Shown here: in pieces, positions 58,608 to 64,000 of the stretch
Position numbering within the stretch: the first letter of the stretch is position 1
Layout: each line of letters starts with the position of its first letter
Assembly (NCBI GenBank): GCA_963682135.1
Contig: OY821645.1
Span: 864,001-928,000, forward strand
Source of the DNA: Methanothrix sp.
Lineage (GTDB): Archaea > Halobacteriota > Methanosarcinia > Methanotrichales > Methanotrichaceae
Direction: 5' to 3'
DNA: 64,000 nucleotides
The notes under the pieces: model-generated
Seen by the model: the letters and a program-made list of their open reading frames with translations, nothing else
Databases searched by the model: none
Told to the model about the DNA's origin: nothing
Program-made: the position numbers and the translations under genes

Positions 58608-60041
58608 TTACATCCCCAGGCGAATGTGTTTAGTCTCCAAATAGGCTTCCAGGCCATAGTGCCCCAGCTCCCGGCCCAGGCCGCTCTCCTTCCATCCGCC
58701 GAAAGGCGCTTGCAGGTCCACCACGTTGTTCACATTAACGCCGACGCCCCCCGCCTCCAGCCTCTCCGCTGCCCGCAGCGCCGTCTTGAGGTCATTAGTG
58801 AAGACGTAAGCGGCCAGGCCGTACTCGCTGTCGTTAGCCAGGGAGACTGCCTCGTCGAGCGTTTTGAATTTCATGATAGGCGCAACCGGCCCGAAGGTCT
58901 CCTCTCGCATAACCCTCATGCGGTGGTCGGCCCCGCCCAGCACTGTTGGAAGGAAGAAGTAGCCCTTTTCGTAGGCTTCGCCCCCAGGCTCCTCTCCGCC
59001 TGTGAGAAGCTCTGCCCCTTTTACAGTTGCATCAGCTACATGCTCCTTTGTCCTCTGCCGCTGTGCCCGGCTGAACATGGGCCCCAGGTCCACATCCGGC
59101 TGCATGCCGTCTCCGATCTTCAGCCTCTCGGCACGGCGCACCAGCTCTTCGGTAAACGGCTCGGCCACCTCCTCCGCCACATAAATTCGATTGACACTGA
59201 TGCAGATCTGGCCCATATTGGAGAAGGCACGCTGCGCTGCTGCAGCCGCCGCTGCCTCCAGGTCGGCATCCGCGCAGACGATGAAGGGCGACTGGCCGCC
59301 CAGCTCCAGAGAGACACGCTTGATATGTGCGGCTGCATGAGCCATTATCCAGCGACCCGTCTGCGTCTCTCCGGTAAAGGCGATCTTTCGGGAGATGGAG
59401 TTTTCCACCAGCTCGGCGCCAACAACGCCGCCGGGCCCGTGCACCACATTGGCAGCGCCCGCCGGCAGGCCGGCTTCAGAGACAGCCCGCACAAACTCCG
59501 TCGCAGCCAGAGGAGCGAGGCTGGGCGGCTTGGCCACGAAGGTGCAGCCGGCAGCGAGAGCGGGCCCGACCTTCCAGGCCAATAAGTCCACGGGAAAGTT
59601 CCAGGGGGTGATGAGAGCGGCTACGCCCACCGGCTGGCGTAGCACGATGCTGCGACTATGCGAAGAAGAGATCCACTCGCCAAAGTTTCTCTTGCCCTCT
59701 TCTGCGTAATAGTCCAGAACATCCGCCGAGGAGAGGACCTCCATCTTGGCGTTTTTTATAGGCTTTCCCATCTCCAGAGTGAGCAGTTGGGCTATCTCTT
59801 CGGCTCGCTGCCTTACCAGGTCAGCTGCAGAGTGCAAGATCTCAGCTCGCTTTTGGCAGGAGGTTGCAGACCAGATGGGAAAAGCCCTCTTGGCAGCCTC
59901 CAGGGCCAGGCAAGCATCCTGGCGCGAGCCCATGGCCACTTGAGCCACTGGCTCCTGGTTGGCTGGGTTACAAATGATCTCGGTTTTGCCGGACAAAGAG
60001 ACGACCTGTTCTCCGTTGATAAACATGTGTGATTGGTGCAT
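58608..60041 (-). CDS. NAD(P)-dependent aldehyde dehydrogenase (SSADH-like)
   Basis: ITPWNFP, LELGG, GQICIS, EETFGP. Confidence 0.92.
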   Translation of the reverse strand: MHQSHMFINGEQVVSLSGKTEIICNPANQEPVAQVAMGSRQDACLALEAAKRAFPIWSATSCQKRAEILHSAADLVRQRAEEIAQLLTLEMGKPIKNAKMEVLSSADVLDYYAEEGKRNFGEWISSSHSRSIVLRQPVGVAALITPWNFPVDLLAWKVGPALAAGCTFVAKPPSLAPLAATEFVRAVSEAGLPAGAANVVHGPGGVVGAELVENSISRKIAFTGETQTGRWIMAHAAAHIKRVSLELGGQSPFIVCADADLEAAAAAAAQRAFSNMGQICISVNRIYVAEEVAEPFTEELVRRAERLKIGDGMQPDVDLGPMFSRAQRQRTKEHVADATVKGAELLTGGEEPGGEAYEKGYFFLPTVLGGADHRMRVMREETFGPVAPIMKFKTLDEAVSLANDSEYGLAAYVFTNDLKTALRAAERLEAGGVGVNVNNVVDLQAPFGGWKESGLGRELGHYGLEAYLETKHIRLGM

Positions 60042-60237
60042 AACTACCTCTTGATAGTCATCGTCCAGCCTTTTAAAGCCTATTATATCTGATATAAGAA
60101 ATAGATACTTATATCAAGTATTTACATGTGTTATTGATAGTTACGTCAGCAGGATCTTTCGAAGCATCATGTGAGGAGATAGATGCCACTTGCAGGGTAA
60201 TTTCCGACGAAATCGTGCAAATTGACGGGCTGAGACG

Positions 60238-63237
60238 ATGAGCATTTGCTTAGACCCCAGGCGAAGATACTTTCGCAGCGCTCTGATGATGTCAGCCATC
60301 ATCGTGATTATGTATTTGGCCCTGTTGATTTTAGTTGGAAATGATCTGAAGTCTCGCATCATGATTGATGATTTGCTCTTTCCGATATTCAATGGGCTGG
60401 CAGCAATCGGCTTGCTATACGCGGCCTTTCGCTCTAGGATCTATGGACGACGTGCCTGCCTTGCCTGGACCTTTTTGTTTATGGGCCAGCTCTCTTTTAT
60501 GCTGGGAGACATAACCTGGGCGGCCCTGGAGTTAGTCCTTCATCAAGAGCCTATAGCATCAGTAGCCGACGTTTTTTATCTATTGTATTATCCCCTATTT
60601 GCTCTAGGCATTCTTCTCTTACCAGCAGTACCATTGACTCATAAAGAGTCCCATAAGCTGCTCTTGGACACAGGGATCGTAATGATCTCGGCAATCCTGG
60701 TCTTTTGGGCTTTCCTGATTGTGCCAACTATTGCTGCCAACAAAGATTACACATTGGTTTTAATGGTCTCGCTGGCCTATCCTGTGATGGATTTGATTCT
60801 ATTTTTTGCCTTGCTGCAATTGCTCTTTCGAACACGCCAGTCTGCTAAACAAGGACCATTAATGCTGCTATCAGTCGGCATTGCCATACAGATCATCACA
60901 GACGCTACATATCTGCTGCAATCACTCCAAGAAACATATGCAACAGGCAACCTTTTGGACCTAGGATGGCTAGCAAGCTATGCTTTTGCTGGTCTGGCCG
61001 GAGTGCTGCAGGCGGATACCAGTAAGCTTAACTCAAATGATTCACCCTATAAAATCGAATCGCGAGGGGAACAATTCGTCTGGCTTTCTTATTTCCCCTA
61101 TCTTTGTGCTGTAGCAGCCTACATTATGCTCATTTGGAGCCGCTACCACCTGACCGATTCGTTTTCAGCCTTTTCATGGGGCATTGGTGTTATCATAGGA
61201 CTCGTTATCCTTCGCCAGGTCGTAGCACTGAATGAAAATGTGCATCTTTATAATGAGGCCAAGGTGGAGATCGATGAGCGCAAGAGAGCTGAGAAGCTGC
61301 TTATGCAAAGCGAGGAACGTTATCGCGACGTCTTCGAGGCCGCACCGGATGTGATCTTCACTATTTCATCAAAGGATGCAACCATTACATCTCTCAACTC
61401 TGCTTTTGAAAAATTCTCCGGATGGGATGCAGCAGAGTGGCTTGGAAAACCTTTTACGAAGATCATTCATCCTGAAGATCTTCCTATCGCCTTGGAGATG
61501 TTCCACGATACCCTGGAAGGAAAGAAAGCACGAACCCGCGAATTGAGGTGCCTATCCAATTCCGGTGAGTATCTGACTGCTGAGATCATAGGCGTTCCCC
61601 TGATTGAAAGCGGAAAGATCGTAGGAAAGCTTGGCTTCGCTCGAGACATTACCGAGCGCAAGCAAGCGGAAGTAGAACTGCAAAGAGCTAAGGAAGCGGC
61701 GGAAGCGTCAACCAAAGCCAAATCTGAGTTCCTGGCCAATATGAGCCACGAGATACGTACACCCATGAATGCCGTTATCGGCATGACGGGGCTGCTACTG
61801 GAGGCCGACTTAGCAGAGGAACAGCGTGATTATTTGGAGACTATTCGCAGCAGTGGAAATACATTGTTAGCTCTTATCAATGACATCCTGGACTTCTCCA
61901 AGATAGAAGGCGGCAAACTGGAGCTGGAATGCCGGCTTTTTAACCTGAGAAATGGAGTGGAGGACTCTTTGGACCTGGTGGCTGCCAATGCCGCCGAAAA
62001 AGGTCTGGAGATCGTATGCACTTTTGAGAATAATGTACCAGACACTGTAATTGGGGATGTTACCAGGCTCTGCCAGATATTGGTCAATCTCCTGGGTAAT
62101 GCTGTGAAGTTTACCGAGAAGGGGGAAGTAGTGTTATCAATTAGCTCTTTGCCCATGGAGCGGGGAAAAATCGAGCTCTATTTCGCAATTAGGGACACAG
62201 GTATCGGGATATCTAAGGATCGAATGGACAGGCTGTTCCGGTCCTTCAGCCAGGTTGATTCTTCCACTACCAGACATTACGGAGGGACCGGACTAGGTCT
62301 GGCCATAAGCAAACGCCTTGTCGAAATGATGGGGGGAAGGATCTGGGCAGAGAGCGAACCGGGAAAGGGGAGCACTTTCCAGTTCACCATAATTGCAAAG
62401 TCACTTGCACCAAAAGATGCCGTCCTTACGAACCCCATTCTGATTGGAAAGCGAATTCTTGTGGTCTACAAAAATGACCTGGCCAGAAGCATGCTGGCAG
62501 AAGCCGCGCGGTCTTGGGGGATGATTCCAACAACAGCAACCAGTGGAAAATCCGCTCTAGAAATGCTTGCTGCAGAGGCCTTTGACTTTGTGATTCTGGA
62601 CGGCGCATTGCCTGATGTAGATATCGGATCCCTTTCCAGGGAGGTTAAGAGGGGCAAGAGTGCAGACACTCTATGCGTGATATTCATTCCCATCGGTTAC
62701 AGCCTCTCGCGAGATACATTGATCGATGGTTGGCTGACCAAGCCCATCAAGCTCACCCAGCTTCATAATTTGCTGATAGAGCTTCTCTTGCCGAAAAGTG
62801 ATTCTAAACCGAGCATTACCTGCTCTAAGCCTTCACCAGGCGAGATTAGCGAGCGCAATCTGCGTATTCTCGTGGCGGAAGACAATCCCGTCAATCAGAA
62901 AGTCGCTCTTAGCATGTTAAAGCGTATTGGATATCGGGCTGATGTAGCTGCAAATGGCTTTGAAGTTCTGCAGGCATTGGAGAGGCAGCCCTATGATGTT
63001 GTACTGATGGATGTGCAGATGCCGGAGATGGACGGCTTTGAAGCAACGCGCCGCATTCGAAGCTCTGGATCTAAGGTCTGCATAATAGCTATAACAGCCC
63101 ACGCGCTTAATGGTGATAGAGAAGCCTGTCTGTATGCGGGCATGGACGAATATATCAGTAAACCGATCCGAATGGAAGAGCTGCAAAAGGCGCTGGAAAA
63201 ATGCGTCGCAGTATCCGCTGAGGCTAAAGGACCGTGA
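60238..63237 (+). CDS. membrane-bound hybrid histidine kinase (multi-TM, PAS, HisKA, HATPase, 2 REC)
   Basis: About 9 TMs; [22 protein letters not shown]. Confidence 0.93.
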   Translation: MSICLDPRRRYFRSALMMSAIIVIMYLALLILVGNDLKSRIMIDDLLFPIFNGLAAIGLLYAAFRSRIYGRRACLAWTFLFMGQLSFMLGDITWAALELVLHQEPIASVADVFYLLYYPLFALGILLLPAVPLTHKESHKLLLDTGIVMISAILVFWAFLIVPTIAANKDYTLVLMVSLAYPVMDLILFFALLQLLFRTRQSAKQGPLMLLSVGIAIQIITDATYLLQSLQETYATGNLLDLGWLASYAFAGLAGVLQADTSKLNSNDSPYKIESRGEQFVWLSYFPYLCAVAAYIMLIWSRYHLTDSFSAFSWGIGVIIGLVILRQVVALNENVHLYNEAKVEIDERKRAEKLLMQSEERYRDVFEAAPDVIFTISSKDATITSLNSAFEKFSGWDAAEWLGKPFTKIIHPEDLPIALEMFHDTLEGKKARTRELRCLSNSGEYLTAEIIGVPLIESGKIVGKLGFARDITERKQAEVELQRAKEAAEASTKAKSEFLANMSHEIRTPMNAVIGMTGLLLEADLAEEQRDYLETIRSSGNTLLALINDILDFSKIEGGKLELECRLFNLRNGVEDSLDLVAANAAEKGLEIVCTFENNVPDTVIGDVTRLCQILVNLLGNAVKFTEKGEVVLSISSLPMERGKIELYFAIRDTGIGISKDRMDRLFRSFSQVDSSTTRHYGGTGLGLAISKRLVEMMGGRIWAESEPGKGSTFQFTIIAKSLAPKDAVLTNPILIGKRILVVYKNDLARSMLAEAARSWGMIPTTATSGKSALEMLAAEAFDFVILDGALPDVDIGSLSREVKRGKSADTLCVIFIPIGYSLSRDTLIDGWLTKPIKLTQLHNLLIELLLPKSDSKPSITCSKPSPGEISERNLRILVAEDNPVNQKVALSMLKRIGYRADVAANGFEVLQALERQPYDVVLMDVQMPEMDGFEATRRIRSSGSKVCIIAITAHALNGDREACLYAGMDEYISKPIRMEELQKALEKCVAVSAEAKGP

Positions 63238-63256
63238 GAAGGTAAGTGGATCTCAT

Positions 63257-63802
63257 ATGATTTCTTTTATCGAGTCTGTAAATTCCTGGCGAGATTTTTA
63301 TATGCTGACGGGGTCAGCCTCAGCCACTCTTGTCGGCCTGATCTTTGTCGCAGTTACATTGCACATTGATGTCATAGCCGAGGCAAAAAAGTCAAGCGAT
63401 ATACGCATGTTGGCTGAAGAGATATTTATAAATTTCTTGATGATTTTATCATTTGCCTTCATATTCGTGGTTCCTTCCGATTCACCGTCGGGATTAGGCT
63501 ATCCACTTCTCATTTTAGGAGCATTGCAGCTGGCTCATACTTCGGTCCTTTGGCTGAGGTTTTTAAGGAGCAAGGGTGAGAACAGAGCCTTCGCATCAAG
63601 TATGATCTTGAGAGGGTTATTGATCCCTAACACGATCTGTTACATGACCATTATAGCAATAGGCGCAGACGTCTTGCAGGGGAAGACTCGCTACCTGGGC
63701 TGGATGGTGATGGTAATAGTATGGCTGACCATTGCAGCCGTCGAGAATACCTGGCATTTGATGATGAGAGTTGCTGAACTAAAGCAGAAGCGTCAGGATT
63801 GA
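63257..63802 (+). CDS. hypothetical integral membrane protein
   Basis: W.DFY..GSASATLVGLIFVA; ~5 TMs. Confidence 0.75.
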   Translation: MISFIESVNSWRDFYMLTGSASATLVGLIFVAVTLHIDVIAEAKKSSDIRMLAEEIFINFLMILSFAFIFVVPSDSPSGLGYPLLILGALQLAHTSVLWLRFLRSKGENRAFASSMILRGLLIPNTICYMTIIAIGADVLQGKTRYLGWMVMVIVWLTIAAVENTWHLMMRVAELKQKRQD

Positions 63803-63878
63803 TGGCTGAAAAAGTATTTAGGCATGAATGGCAAGCATCATCTCCGATGCAGCCGCATAGAAATGGGGGACGTGCCCT

Positions 63879-64000
63879 CTGAACGACGATTTATGGGTCA
63901 TCTCCTTCTTGGGCAAAGACCGGCCCGGACTTATCCGTGATATCCTGGATGAGCCTGCCCAGCAGAATGTGAATATCGTGGATTTGGATCAGCGAGTGAT
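63879..64000 (+). CDS. ACT-domain protein N-terminus (possibly SerB), partial
   Basis: WVISFLGKDRPGLI...NVNIVDLDQ; runs off the window. Confidence 0.55.
   Translation, partial: MNDDLWVISFLGKDRPGLIRDILDEPAQQNVNIVDLDQRV

Noticed and set aside
58536-59585. Long antisense ORFs (349 aa here; also 24647-25405, 38305-39135, 41918-42577)
   Set aside because: Shadow frames opposite well-supported genes
1-64000. CRISPR array or rRNA genes
   Set aside because: No regularly spaced repeat-spacer series and no rRNA-like sequence seen

Overview
Archaeal chromosomal window, most consistent with a Methanothrix/Methanosarcinales-type methanogen. The assignment rests on aCPSF1, ASH-Ski2-type helicase, methanoredoxin/ferredoxin:disulfide reductase, CobN and the trmY-pus10-rpl21e-rpoF-DUF655-rsmA cluster. 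Housekeeping blocks alternate with accessory DNA: (1) four toxin-antitoxin pairs with GC-rich degenerate spacers (5.5-9.0 kb); (2) tRNA-His preceded by two unannotated paralogous TATA+hairpin units with anti-Shine-Dalgarno loops (candidate twin sRNAs, 11.69-11.88 kb); (3) a pfkB-aldolase-gpmA-HPrK/PEPCK-like cluster split by an intact IS605 (tnpA+tnpB); (4) a metal/corrinoid uptake region with many deletion scars (17.3-32.2 kb); (5) a redox/copper cluster including an unlisted 38-aa C2H2 zinc-finger ORF; and (6) a ~7 kb tyrosine-integrase island apparently inserted into the 3' end of trmY. The island replaces the TrmY C-terminus, carries a NotI-like restriction-modification pair, and has its integrase disrupted by a nested IS630::IS5 insertion. 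No CRISPR array or rRNA was seen. All product calls come from motif recognition by eye, not database searches.
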